Positions 55,853 to 64,000 of a stretch of DNA of 64,000 nucleotides are shown here, piece after piece. The DNA is from a virus (Duplodnaviria > Caudoviricetes). The notes below the pieces were generated by a model. It made no database searches. It saw nothing but the letters and a program-made list of their open reading frames with translations, and was not told the origin of the DNA. The position numbers were made by a program, and so were the translations under genes. Location of the stretch: positions 1 through 64,000 of IMG/VR virus record IMGVR_UViG_2703719088_000001; one strand, given 5' to 3'. Position 1 is the stretch's first letter. Each line of letters opens with the position of its first letter.

Positions 55853-56701
55853 ATGATTGGTTCTTTTGAAAAAGAGTTTGCCATGAAAAATCCTGGCAGA
55901 ACTCAGATTTTGCGCTTCATGCGTGAAGCACTGGACGTTGATGAGGTGAAGTGGGAGAGTCTTACCCATCTGAACCTCGTGTCTGTCGCCGAGCATATAC
56001 GTTCATGTGTTTCTCCGAACAGCGCGGTGACGTACCTGGCTATTGTGAAGGCTTTCCTTGCACAATACAAGGACGAAGGTGTCGTGCCATGCTCAAATCC
56101 AGCGAAGGCACTAAAGGCAAAGAAAGTGCCGCAGCAGAATGTGGCACTCACCCTTGACGAACTCAACAAGATTGAGAGGTACTACGACAGGCTTCTTGCA
56201 AAAGGAGGCCATCAAGCCGAGAAGGATGCTTTGACGCTCTTCCTGCTTGAATGCTTCTGTGGTGCACGTGGATGTGATGTTGAGAACATGACATTGGAAA
56301 ACATAAAGGATGGCAAGCTGACATATGTCTCTCAGAAAACACAGATATTGGCCACCATCCCCGTTCACAGACGGCTGGAAGACCTGCTATCCAGAAAACC
56401 GAAGAAGCAGTACACAGCATGTACGAAGAATAGGATTATCAAGCGTGTCGCTGAGAGATGTGGCATCTCCGATCCTGTGACCATATTCTATCACGGTAGC
56501 ATGCAGACAAAGCCAAAATACGAGTATCTTGGCACGCATACAGCCAGACGGACGTTCTCTTCCATCCTCGCCGCCAATGGCACACCAATCCCTGAGATAT
56601 CGCAGTTCATGGGGCATTCGGAAATCTCAATGACAGAGAGATATATTAAAGTGGACATGAACACCGTCTCACAGGCTGCGATGGCATTCTTCAATGCTTG
56701 A
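55853..56701 (+). CDS. Tyrosine recombinase / integrase
   Basis: Catalytic set CGARGCD (R), HTARRTF (HxxR) and MGHS...TERY (H, Y). ATG 55853 follows a hairpin at 55801-55828. Confidence 0.9.
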   Translation: MIGSFEKEFAMKNPGRTQILRFMREALDVDEVKWESLTHLNLVSVAEHIRSCVSPNSAVTYLAIVKAFLAQYKDEGVVPCSNPAKALKAKKVPQQNVALTLDELNKIERYYDRLLAKGGHQAEKDALTLFLLECFCGARGCDVENMTLENIKDGKLTYVSQKTQILATIPVHRRLEDLLSRKPKKQYTACTKNRIIKRVAERCGISDPVTIFYHGSMQTKPKYEYLGTHTARRTFSSILAANGTPIPEISQFMGHSEISMTERYIKVDMNTVSQAAMAFFNA

Positions 56702-56721
56702 CAGGCTTTTTCTCACCACCA

Positions 56722-57633
56722 TTAGAAATCTATTTTCGGAAGCGTCTGCTTCCATTCCCAGTTTGCTTTTGCGCTTCCCTTGCTGTACCACAAGTTGTAC
56801 CTTGATGACAGCAAGGCACACTCCCTTGGGTGCAAGGACTGCAGCTTCTTGTATGCGTAATAGGCGTAGAAGAAGTCGCTGTCCTTGTCAAGGGTGAAAT
56901 AATGTATAGCCTCATCTGGAAGGGAGGTGTTGTAGTCTGGGAACCATACCTTGATAAAACCCATTATATTGCCGTTTAACGGGCATCTATCCTCGAATAG
57001 GCTATCATCCCACAGGTCGTTGCCGATGCCTCCACAGGACGCCAGACAAAGCGACAGTAGCCTTGTGTCGTATTGAGATATAAGAAGACCAAACGAATTC
57101 CTGCGCATCATCTCAAACCAGTCTTCTTTATAGTATGGTTCAAGACAATCATACGATGGGAATCTTACACCCCGGATATGATCGTCTGCACTCATGCTTT
57201 CATACAGAAATGCCATCAGACCGGCTATCATCCAGTATTTGCAGTATGGATTTCCCTTCAGACTTTCTTTCTGTGTTCCTCCGAGACTGATACTGATATA
57301 CTCCCTGTTTATAAGCCACTCCCAAGGATGGTCTGTAATAATACGCCTCATGTCATCAACCTGTTCTATTACATGGCTGCTATTGAATGACATCAACAGA
57401 GTGGAGAAGAGGGCTATTTCCTTGTCGTGTTTGTCTGTATAATAGTCGGCTATATACGTCGGAAGCAGTGGCATATCCCCGGATTCCTTGTATCGAGCCA
57501 CAAGTTCCTTGAGCCAATCACGGAATCTGGCGGAGAAGAAGGTGAAGAAGTCATAATTGTTCTTCTTCCTCACCTGCCTCATCTCCTGCCTGCGCTGCAC
57601 CATCTTCTTTACAATCTCCTTTTGCTTTCTCAT
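56722..57633 (-). CDS. DUF2400/TIGR02757-like protein (possible HhH-type DNA-binding or repair fold), diverged
   Basis: YYTDKHDKEIALFSTLLMSF resembles the family N-terminal motif; recognised by eye only. Confidence 0.4.
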   Translation of the reverse strand: MRKQKEIVKKMVQRRQEMRQVRKKNNYDFFTFFSARFRDWLKELVARYKESGDMPLLPTYIADYYTDKHDKEIALFSTLLMSFNSSHVIEQVDDMRRIITDHPWEWLINREYISISLGGTQKESLKGNPYCKYWMIAGLMAFLYESMSADDHIRGVRFPSYDCLEPYYKEDWFEMMRRNSFGLLISQYDTRLLSLCLASCGGIGNDLWDDSLFEDRCPLNGNIMGFIKVWFPDYNTSLPDEAIHYFTLDKDSDFFYAYYAYKKLQSLHPRECALLSSRYNLWYSKGSAKANWEWKQTLPKIDF

Positions 57634-57643
57634 ACCATGTCTA

Positions 57644-57955
57644 TCATTCGAAATTTGTCACATCAATATTATATACCTTTGTGTATGTGAGCGTTCCTTC
57701 GTACCCCCGCCTTTTTAGTTCAAGGATCAAGTCTCTGGCATCGAAATCAACAATCTTGATATTCTTGGCATCTTCAAGTTTTCTTCTCAGACGCTCGTTC
57801 TCGATTCTGATTTCCTTTGTTTCTTTTCTCTTCTCAGACATCTTATTCTGGTGGCACTCCTTGCAGACATTTCTATACCCGCCACCTCTGCCAGCTTTGC
57901 TGAAGTCTGATACAGGAAGTGTCCTGCCACATTTCTTACAAACCTTTGTTTCCAT
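57644..57955 (-). CDS. Zinc-finger protein
   Basis: CKKCG...NVCKECH followed by a coiled coil. Confidence 0.7.
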   Translation of the reverse strand: METKVCKKCGRTLPVSDFSKAGRGGGYRNVCKECHQNKMSEKRKETKEIRIENERLRRKLEDAKNIKIVDFDARDLILELKRRGYEGTLTYTKVYNIDVTNFE

Positions 57956-58182
57956 TATTCTTTCTTTTTGTTGTTCAACTCTTTGTCTATTCGTTCAAGC
58001 CTCTTTACACAATATGGATAATAAACCGGCCAGGCAATAACACAAATAAGCCAAGTCATTATCAATGAAATAAATGTTGCCCTCAGGTGTCTATCCATTA
58101 TATTTTTCAGAATGACAACCCCAAGAAACTCGCCAAAAGGCAGGTAGGCTATCAAAGCATCTTCTAAATCAAAATATCTCAT
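57955..58182 (-). CDS. Small membrane protein
   Basis: Two hydrophobic segments; coupled start and stop. Confidence 0.6.
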   Translation of the reverse strand: MRYFDLEDALIAYLPFGEFLGVVILKNIMDRHLRATFISLIMTWLICVIAWPVYYPYCVKRLERIDKELNNKKKE

Positions 58183-58460
58183 GGTTCATCGCATTTGTAT
58201 GGAGTAACATTGTTCTTCGTATACCAAATCTTTGCCACCCTCACAGATGGTGCTGCAGCACGGCCTGCAGAATACGAATTACGGAACAGCGGCCTCCATC
58301 CGACACACTCGTATCGGAAATCATCTGGCAGAAACTCTTCTTCCTCTGTACCATAATCATCGCAATGATAGTACCCAGTACATTCGTTATCGAAGCCATG
58401 CTCCTTCAGATAAAGAGCCTCTTCGTAGCTGACAATTTCCTTTCCAAGAATATCTTTCAT
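58179..58460 (-). CDS. Hypothetical protein
   Basis: 93 aa, ATGA coupling. Confidence 0.65.
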   Translation of the reverse strand: MKDILGKEIVSYEEALYLKEHGFDNECTGYYHCDDYGTEEEEFLPDDFRYECVGWRPLFRNSYSAGRAAAPSVRVAKIWYTKNNVTPYKCDEP

Positions 58461-59404
58461 CGTTTTTCTTTTATCATGTCACTGATCTGATAATAAACAT
58501 TTATTATGTTATGATATATATCATCGCGATTCATCTTCTTGTTACCTATGGACTTACATATTTCATAAAGCTTGTCACATACATCGTGCAATGTGCTCTT
58601 TTTAATGTTTACAGTCCGTACAGCATCAAGTTTTGCGCCTATCTTATTTCTCAATTTGTTTTCAATATACTTCTCTGCGTCCAATACCTCTTGATACGAG
58701 CCATAGATATATTGTGGTTTATCATCATTTCCAAACTGGTCTTTTTTCGTGAGGAAAAATTCAGAACCACAAAACTCCAACCATTTGTAGTCGCTAATCC
58801 CATGCAGAATATAGTATTCCTTGGCACCGGCGTCCTGCGCTTCCTTATCTGAATTGAAACAGGGAACACCATACTCTTCCATAATACATTTAACAATGTC
58901 GTTGGTGAACTCCCATTTATTGAATTCAAACACAAAGTGATCAGGATATTTGTCAGAGTCATGCTTCTTGATTACTCCCGCACATTTGGTATACTTGTCC
59001 GGATTATAGAACGCCTCTTCAAACACAACAGGAACAACCTCGTATTCAAAATATGTGCGATTTACAGCAATATACATCTGTTCCATTTTGCGGGACATAT
59101 ACTCGCTTTCCAAATCCTTATAACCACCGCCATCCTTTCTGAATGATTTGAGCCTATCGTTGTATTCAATGACAGACATTATTTCCTCTGTTTCTCTATT
59201 CATGTAATAGGCGATAGTAGTATGCTTGATTGCTCTCTGAACCTCAACATCATGTCCTTGAACAATGAGATCATTGTCTTTCCATGATGTTCCTGAAATT
59301 TGTACGACCTGCCCGTTGACGAGCAAATGATCTTCGTTATATGTCTGCTTGATTTTCAGGTGGCAGACATCTTTATCCTTGAAATAAATTGCTGAGATAA
59401 TCAT
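58457..59404 (-). CDS. Hypothetical protein
   Basis: 315-aa ORF. Confidence 0.7.
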   Translation of the reverse strand: MIISAIYFKDKDVCHLKIKQTYNEDHLLVNGQVVQISGTSWKDNDLIVQGHDVEVQRAIKHTTIAYYMNRETEEIMSVIEYNDRLKSFRKDGGGYKDLESEYMSRKMEQMYIAVNRTYFEYEVVPVVFEEAFYNPDKYTKCAGVIKKHDSDKYPDHFVFEFNKWEFTNDIVKCIMEEYGVPCFNSDKEAQDAGAKEYYILHGISDYKWLEFCGSEFFLTKKDQFGNDDKPQYIYGSYQEVLDAEKYIENKLRNKIGAKLDAVRTVNIKKSTLHDVCDKLYEICKSIGNKKMNRDDIYHNIINVYYQISDMIKEKR

Positions 59405-59406
59405 AA

Positions 59407-60441
59407 TTATTTTTTTGCTATAACCACATTCAAAACTTCTTTTAAAAATTTTGCTATCTTGACGAGTTCCGGAATATCCTTATACTCATCTTCTCTACCA
59501 CAACACAAATCTTGTGTCATATTAAAGGTGTTGTACTGATAGTGTCCTGGATCTTCGTAGAATTTGCACAGCTCGACCAGTTCCTTGAACCATCGATCCT
59601 TGATTCCGCTCGGTATATCCTTATAGACACCCTCCTTCGCTTTAATTGCATCGTCGCAACCAGAATTGCTTATCAACGTCCATATCAGATGTGCGGCTAC
59701 CTTCTCGCTCAATTTATCAATACGCTTTGCCAGCAAAGCATCGTACTCCTCTTTGGTGATGTCGTGCCATTTGCCATCGTCGCCCTCAGTGCTATACATA
59801 TTCAAGTCAACTCGATCTCCTTCTGGAGTAATGACGTAAAATATACCTCTCGTGTCGAAGTCTCCGTGCTTCTTGTCCGTGAGGAAAGTCTGTGCAAAAA
59901 TCTTATACTTGCCTTTTTGGGGCATGTACGGCATTGTGATTGGGAACATTTCGTCGATGAAGCCTGTCCACGAACCATAGGTGTCAGACGGATTTTCCAC
60001 ATTGATGTAATACGCTCTATCTACATCGTGATAACTAACCTTGCCATCAAGCGTTTCCTCGCGGAACAGGCTCGACATTCTCGGACATTGTAGGCTCGAT
60101 TTCAAACCACGTTCTATCAGGCTCTCTTCTGGCTCTAACGAATGTACCTCAGTACCATTGGCTCTAACAAAGAAATCTTCATCATTAATAGGGGTAAGAG
60201 GTTGCCCTTCCATCAACCTAATCAGAATGTTCTTCGTCATACTGAAGCTAAAACCACTATGGCCATCCTCGCACAACGACTTGTAGGCTTTCAATGCTGA
60301 CTTGTAGCAGCTACACCCATAATCAAAATCCTCGCTATCAAAGTCGATGTTCGGATTCTCTCTCTTGCAGGCTATTCGGCATTCCTGCTCTGCCCAATTT
60401 GACATGCTCATATCTTTTCCTCTTTTTTGTATATAATTCAT
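59407..60441 (-). CDS. Conserved phage protein (DGHSGFSF...LTPI family)
   Basis: 344-aa ORF; the true start may be MSMSNWAEQE. Confidence 0.7.
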   Translation of the reverse strand: MNYIQKRGKDMSMSNWAEQECRIACKRENPNIDFDSEDFDYGCSCYKSALKAYKSLCEDGHSGFSFSMTKNILIRLMEGQPLTPINDEDFFVRANGTEVHSLEPEESLIERGLKSSLQCPRMSSLFREETLDGKVSYHDVDRAYYINVENPSDTYGSWTGFIDEMFPITMPYMPQKGKYKIFAQTFLTDKKHGDFDTRGIFYVITPEGDRVDLNMYSTEGDDGKWHDITKEEYDALLAKRIDKLSEKVAAHLIWTLISNSGCDDAIKAKEGVYKDIPSGIKDRWFKELVELCKFYEDPGHYQYNTFNMTQDLCCGREDEYKDIPELVKIAKFLKEVLNVVIAKK

Positions 60442-60443
60442 CT

Positions 60444-61196
60444 TCAGTCCTCCATTTCTTCCACTTTGGCAAGTTCCGTGCGAAGCCCCTGTATGGTACT
60501 CACGAAAGCATCATAACTCTTACGCTTGTCCTCAAGAGCCTTGGCTTCTTGGTCGTAAACCAAATTGTTCTTATATGCATCGCGAGCCTCTTTTGTGGTG
60601 AAACCATACCAAGCCTCATCACACGGATAATCTCCGTCATAATTCATCTTGTTAAGGACAAGATGGTCTGGGTAATTCTCATCAAGTTTCAACCCGCGCT
60701 CCGTCTCAAAGGTGCGCAATCCATGCTTGTCGAAGATTTTGAGACGGATTCTATCACTCCCTTCTAAGTTGTCCTTCTTTCTCAGGACATAGATTTCATC
60801 ATCGAAGTCAATGTTTTCCCAATGTTGCTCCGGAACATCATAGCGTTTCATCGTATCAACCTTCTCTTCCATTAACGTTACCTCTTTGGCCAACGCCTCA
60901 ACCTTTTCCACATATTCCATGATACGAGTAGAGTAGATGTTGGTGTAGGCCAATTTGCGTGACGTATAATAGTATGAATCCATTGATTTTAGGTGCTCAT
61001 GAATGTACTTATGTTGCTTTGCCGCATCGTTTATTGCTACGTCAAACTCATAATGATCGCCAACGGCCTTGACTCTGATACGACAATTGGTATGATCTTT
61101 ACATGTTGTGTCCTCATAGATGTTTCCATCAATCTGACGATAACGGGCAATACCTCTTAATGCCCTATACTTGAATAGTTCTTTTGGGTAATCCAT
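60444..61196 (-). CDS. Hypothetical protein
   Basis: 250-aa ORF. Confidence 0.7.
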   Translation of the reverse strand: MDYPKELFKYRALRGIARYRQIDGNIYEDTTCKDHTNCRIRVKAVGDHYEFDVAINDAAKQHKYIHEHLKSMDSYYYTSRKLAYTNIYSTRIMEYVEKVEALAKEVTLMEEKVDTMKRYDVPEQHWENIDFDDEIYVLRKKDNLEGSDRIRLKIFDKHGLRTFETERGLKLDENYPDHLVLNKMNYDGDYPCDEAWYGFTTKEARDAYKNNLVYDQEAKALEDKRKSYDAFVSTIQGLRTELAKVEEMED

Positions 61197-61201
61197 AATG
61201 T

Positions 61202-61327
61202 TTATACTTCTAATTCAATATTTTTTATTTCAAGCCATTCATCGAAAGTGACAATATTCGAACTTCCATATTGTTCAAACAATGCTACCTCCATATAATA
61301 TTGCTCCAATGCTTCTGTTCGTGTCAT
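61202..61327 (-). CDS. 41-aa peptide (below the ORF-track cutoff)
   Basis: MTRTEALEQYYMEVALFEQYGSSNIVTFDEWLEIKNIELEV fills the gap and overlaps the upstream stop. Confidence 0.55.
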   Translation of the reverse strand: MTRTEALEQYYMEVALFEQYGSSNIVTFDEWLEIKNIELEV

Positions 61328-61560
61328 AGTATATCTTCCTCCTTCTCAATGCGTTTGATCTTGAGTTCTTTTACAAGATGACAGTCCAGAACAATCTCAA
61401 ATCTCTGATGCTCCATCACCTCATAGTGCCACCATTGTTTGTGAAGTCCGAAATACTTCAGGACATATATCAGTTCGTCACCATCAACAACTACAGCGAC
61501 TACATGATACTTTCGTTCTTGATACCAGAATGTTGTTCCAACAGTCAGTTTTACATCCAT
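61324..61560 (-). CDS. Hypothetical protein
   Basis: 78-aa ORF. Confidence 0.6.
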   Translation of the reverse strand: MDVKLTVGTTFWYQERKYHVVAVVVDGDELIYVLKYFGLHKQWWHYEVMEHQRFEIVLDCHLVKELKIKRIEKEEDIL

Positions 61561-61562
61561 GG

Positions 61563-62285
61563 TCAGTCCTCCTTATATTTGTCAATAATCGGCTTGCATA
61601 TCCGCAACACCCGCTCCACCTTTTCGATGTCGAACCAGTCGTCAGTACGCACACCGCTCTCCATGTCAATCCAGAACGGCCCCGATGTATGCTTCCGCAT
61701 CAGGAAGTCTAACTTGTCGCCCACGTTGTCGGGATTGAAACCGCCAGCATATCCGACCTTGCACGTCAAAGGCATTACCTTCAACGGTGTATCAATGCCA
61801 CGGCCACCGCTTGCATCGAGCAGCATGGAACACTCGCCGAGGTGTGGTTTCCACGTCTCGCGTGTGGCGGCAAAGAGGTCGAGGTTTTCGGAGTCTCGCT
61901 GTTGCACGATGACCTCATGTCCCCAGTCCGTTGCACTCACCACATGCGGATTGTCCTTACGTTCTGCCACGTTCAGCTGTAGTCGAGGAATCCTGCAATA
62001 GCAGCCATACGTCAAGTGGAAGATGTCGTAGTAGTTGCCCCTCGCAGCGTCGGCAGCAGCCGAGCCGCAGATGTGAAGCGCAAGGTGTAATCCGTTGCCC
62101 ATAACCTCATGGCGAAGAATACGCGGGTCGAGATAGCGGTTGCCGTTCTCGTACCAATGATAGCTTGTCAGTACACCGAACTCTACAATCGGATATTCGC
62201 GCTGAATCTCCTTGAGGTCTCTGATGTTGGTCTTGGCATCAATGCCAGTGAATGTAATGTGTTGTAGTCTCATAATGTCGTTCAT
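61563..62285 (-). CDS. Phosphoribosylanthranilate isomerase-like TIM-barrel protein
   Basis: LLDASGGRGI, GYAGGFNPDNV and WIDMESGVRTDDWFD mirror the TrpF C-terminal motifs (LLD...GGTG, LAGGL.PENV, .DV.SGVE). Confidence 0.65.
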   Translation of the reverse strand: MNDIMRLQHITFTGIDAKTNIRDLKEIQREYPIVEFGVLTSYHWYENGNRYLDPRILRHEVMGNGLHLALHICGSAAADAARGNYYDIFHLTYGCYCRIPRLQLNVAERKDNPHVVSATDWGHEVIVQQRDSENLDLFAATRETWKPHLGECSMLLDASGGRGIDTPLKVMPLTCKVGYAGGFNPDNVGDKLDFLMRKHTSGPFWIDMESGVRTDDWFDIEKVERVLRICKPIIDKYKED

Positions 62286-62914
62286 AGCGTGATTTCCTCC
62301 TTGATGATTATTACTTTTACACGTGTGCCTTCTTCTGTTTCGTCGAAATTTGGCTTGTCAAGAATAATCGACACAAATCCAAGTCTACCATCAATCGCAT
62401 TCTCCATCATCTGCTTCTCTTTTGCCTCTGCCCCAGCATCAAATCCCTCTTGCCACAGTTTAGTTTTGAGTTCGCTAAACTTAAGTCTGTCTTTCTGATA
62501 CTGCCATTCCGCAAAGTGGCGGGCAATAGCATCAAGTGTTTCTTCAAAAAGATACTCGGTTTCGTTTTGGAAAGAAACCTTGTATCTGATCACCTCTCGT
62601 TCCAAGTCTTCAGTAGCTGGCTCTTCCATCATCTGCTGTTTCTGCCATTCACAGAAATGTCGCGCAGTCATCATAATAACCTGCATCGTTTCTTCGCTGC
62701 CATGCTCCTTCAACCACTTCCATACCTCGACATCATACGCCAAGCCATAGTCCTCGATGGCAGGCTCGGTGGGTGATCTCATCTCTTTCTTGAGATAGCG
62801 CACCTTGTCTTGAACGGGAAGAGCGAGATTGTTGTATGTGCCATCAGTGCTCAAGTAGCAGTAATCAATGGCATCAATCAGTAGTGATAGTAATTTCTTC
62901 TCTTTGTCTGTCAT
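62282..62914 (-). CDS. Hypothetical protein with an internal repeat (ARHFxEWQ twice)
   Basis: 210-aa ORF. Confidence 0.65.
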   Translation of the reverse strand: MTDKEKKLLSLLIDAIDYCYLSTDGTYNNLALPVQDKVRYLKKEMRSPTEPAIEDYGLAYDVEVWKWLKEHGSEETMQVIMMTARHFCEWQKQQMMEEPATEDLEREVIRYKVSFQNETEYLFEETLDAIARHFAEWQYQKDRLKFSELKTKLWQEGFDAGAEAKEKQMMENAIDGRLGFVSIILDKPNFDETEEGTRVKVIIIKEEITL

Positions 62915-62921
62915 AGCCCAT

Positions 62922-63221
62922 CTATTCTTTATTTTCTAACTCTCTTAAAATATTTTCTGCACAACTATGGAATCCATCCCAGAATATGGTATACGACGAT
63001 TCATCATCGTATTTTAGGCTTTGTTCCATACATCGGTGTCCCATCTCAAGATACTTCTTGACCATAGCAATAACATCTTTCTCTGCTTGTTCATAACCTT
63101 CTTGATACTTTTTTCTCGCAGTAGCATTTACATCAGCGAGATAGCCATATTGGTTTCCAACCCATTCTTCTTTGACTGGATATGCCTTCATTGCGGCTTC
63201 TTCTGCTTTACTCATAGTCAT
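62922..63221 (-). CDS. Hypothetical protein
   Basis: 99-aa ORF. Confidence 0.65.
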   Translation of the reverse strand: MTMSKAEEAAMKAYPVKEEWVGNQYGYLADVNATARKKYQEGYEQAEKDVIAMVKKYLEMGHRCMEQSLKYDDESSYTIFWDGFHSCAENILRELENKE

Positions 63222-63457
63222 TTCATTATCGCATCATACATCTGTTTTGCCTCTCTTGTGGTAATGGTTACTCCATTCATAGCACACTCCAATCGGTTGG
63301 CTATGTCTTGAATATTACCAATAATAAACCCAGAGCCGTTACACTTTGTGCATTCCCTTGTAGGCTTAATACCTTTTTCGTAAGCCTCCCAACAAGGAAT
63401 ATTGTAATATCGTGGGTTATATACATAACCCTTACCTTTACATTTAGGGCATTCCAT
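63218..63457 (-). CDS. DnaJ-type CxxCxGxG zinc-finger protein
   Basis: CPKCKGKG...CTKCNGSG. Confidence 0.7.
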   Translation of the reverse strand: MECPKCKGKGYVYNPRYYNIPCWEAYEKGIKPTRECTKCNGSGFIIGNIQDIANRLECAMNGVTITTREAKQMYDAIMK

Positions 63458-63495
63458 CTTTCAAAGTGTTAGTGTATCAAATATACTCAAACTTA

Positions 63496-63786
63496 TCATC
63501 TACATTTTTGTTCTACAAACCGTATGGCTTCAATAATCACATAGTCTAAGGCGGTCGCATCTCCGCCACAACAAATACGATGATTGCCTAATTCATCACG
63601 CATATCCTTAAACTCATAGTTTTCATCATTTATTCCAAAGAATCTTGCCTCAAGCCACATATCACGTTCCAATAGCCAATCAAGGATCTCTGCGTATGTT
63701 GGTGTTCCATTAAAAATACCACTTGGCATTTCTATCTCAATCGCAACTGGAACTGGTCTTGTATATTTTAAATAAGTTCTTTTCAT
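63496..63786 (-). CDS. Hypothetical protein
   Basis: 96-aa ORF. Confidence 0.6.
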   Translation of the reverse strand: MKRTYLKYTRPVPVAIEIEMPSGIFNGTPTYAEILDWLLERDMWLEARFFGINDENYEFKDMRDELGNHRICCGGDATALDYVIIEAIRFVEQKCR

Positions 63787-63818
63787 ATCTCTATTTGTTA
63801 GTGCATCAGTAGATATAA

Positions 63819-63929
63819 TTACTCGTTTCTCGGAATATCAACACCATAAGTATCCTCAAGAATATCACAAAATTCATCATAACTCTGATTTTTCCAATCG
63901 ATTTCATTATTCCAACCTAAATTTGCCAT
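63819..63929 (-). CDS. 36-aa acidic peptide
   Basis: MANLGWNNEIDWKNQSYDEFCDILEDTYGVDIPRNE, by hand translation. Confidence 0.4.
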   Translation of the reverse strand: MANLGWNNEIDWKNQSYDEFCDILEDTYGVDIPRNE

Positions 63930-64000
63930 ATCAGTTATACTAATTAAATAACACCTTTCTTTTGCAGATATTCCACACATTTGAGTTGAGAGGCAATAGA

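Noticed and set aside
50128-61327. Shared MTR-x-EALE-x-YY motif in ORFs 50128-50340 and 61202-61327
   Set aside because: The similarity is limited to about 10 residues of a generic amphipathic helix; insufficient to claim homology.
1-64000. Complete DGR (RT, TR, Avd)
   Set aside because: No ORF has RT motifs and no AAC-rich template repeat was found by eye; only the target-like gene at 48656-49015 is supported.
1-64000. Stop-codon reassignment
   Set aside because: Structural genes are full-length in the standard code, and both TAG and TGA act as stops.
1-64000. Lysis genes and DNA polymerase
   Set aside because: No endolysin, holin-like operon or polymerase motifs were recognised; they probably lie outside the window.

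Overview
This window is a 64-kb piece of a long-tailed (sipho-like) dsDNA phage or prophage. The host is probably a Bacteroidota bacterium, judged from TAnnTTTG -7 promoter boxes, A-rich leaders without Shine-Dalgarno sequences and a lipobox protein. Layout: tail fibre, tail tip, tape measure, tail, neck, capsid and scaffold genes on the minus strand (1-26.3 kb); intein-containing TerL, portal, MuF-like protein and a lipoprotein on the plus strand (26.4-33.2 kb); small genes and a D5/P4-type primase-helicase on the minus strand (33.3-36.2 kb); an AT-rich non-coding putative terminus or origin (36.2-37.2 kb); a plus-strand early region of about 40 small ORFs, most preceded by a hairpin plus conserved leader (37.2-54.3 kb); FtsK plus a tyrosine recombinase (54.4-56.7 kb); and a convergent minus-strand block of mostly hypothetical genes (56.7-64 kb). 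Most notable observations: (1) a stand-alone Cas11c-like (Cas8c C-terminal) domain fused to an XRE HTH, in an acr-aca-like operon with an inverted-repeat operator over its promoter; (2) the hairpin-AGTACGAT cassette architecture of the early region, including a tandem array of the motif; (3) a Stealth-family phosphotransferase inside the tail operon; (4) an orphan DGR-type variable-repeat target gene with no reverse transcriptase in the window; (5) a tnpB-only IS200/IS605 element inserted in the penultimate codon of the tape measure gene, supplying its stop codon; (6) an Ala-start terminase intein with degenerate motifs; (7) a -1 frameshift site in the tail assembly chaperones. All protein assignments come from motif recognition and synteny by eye. 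No database search was run.
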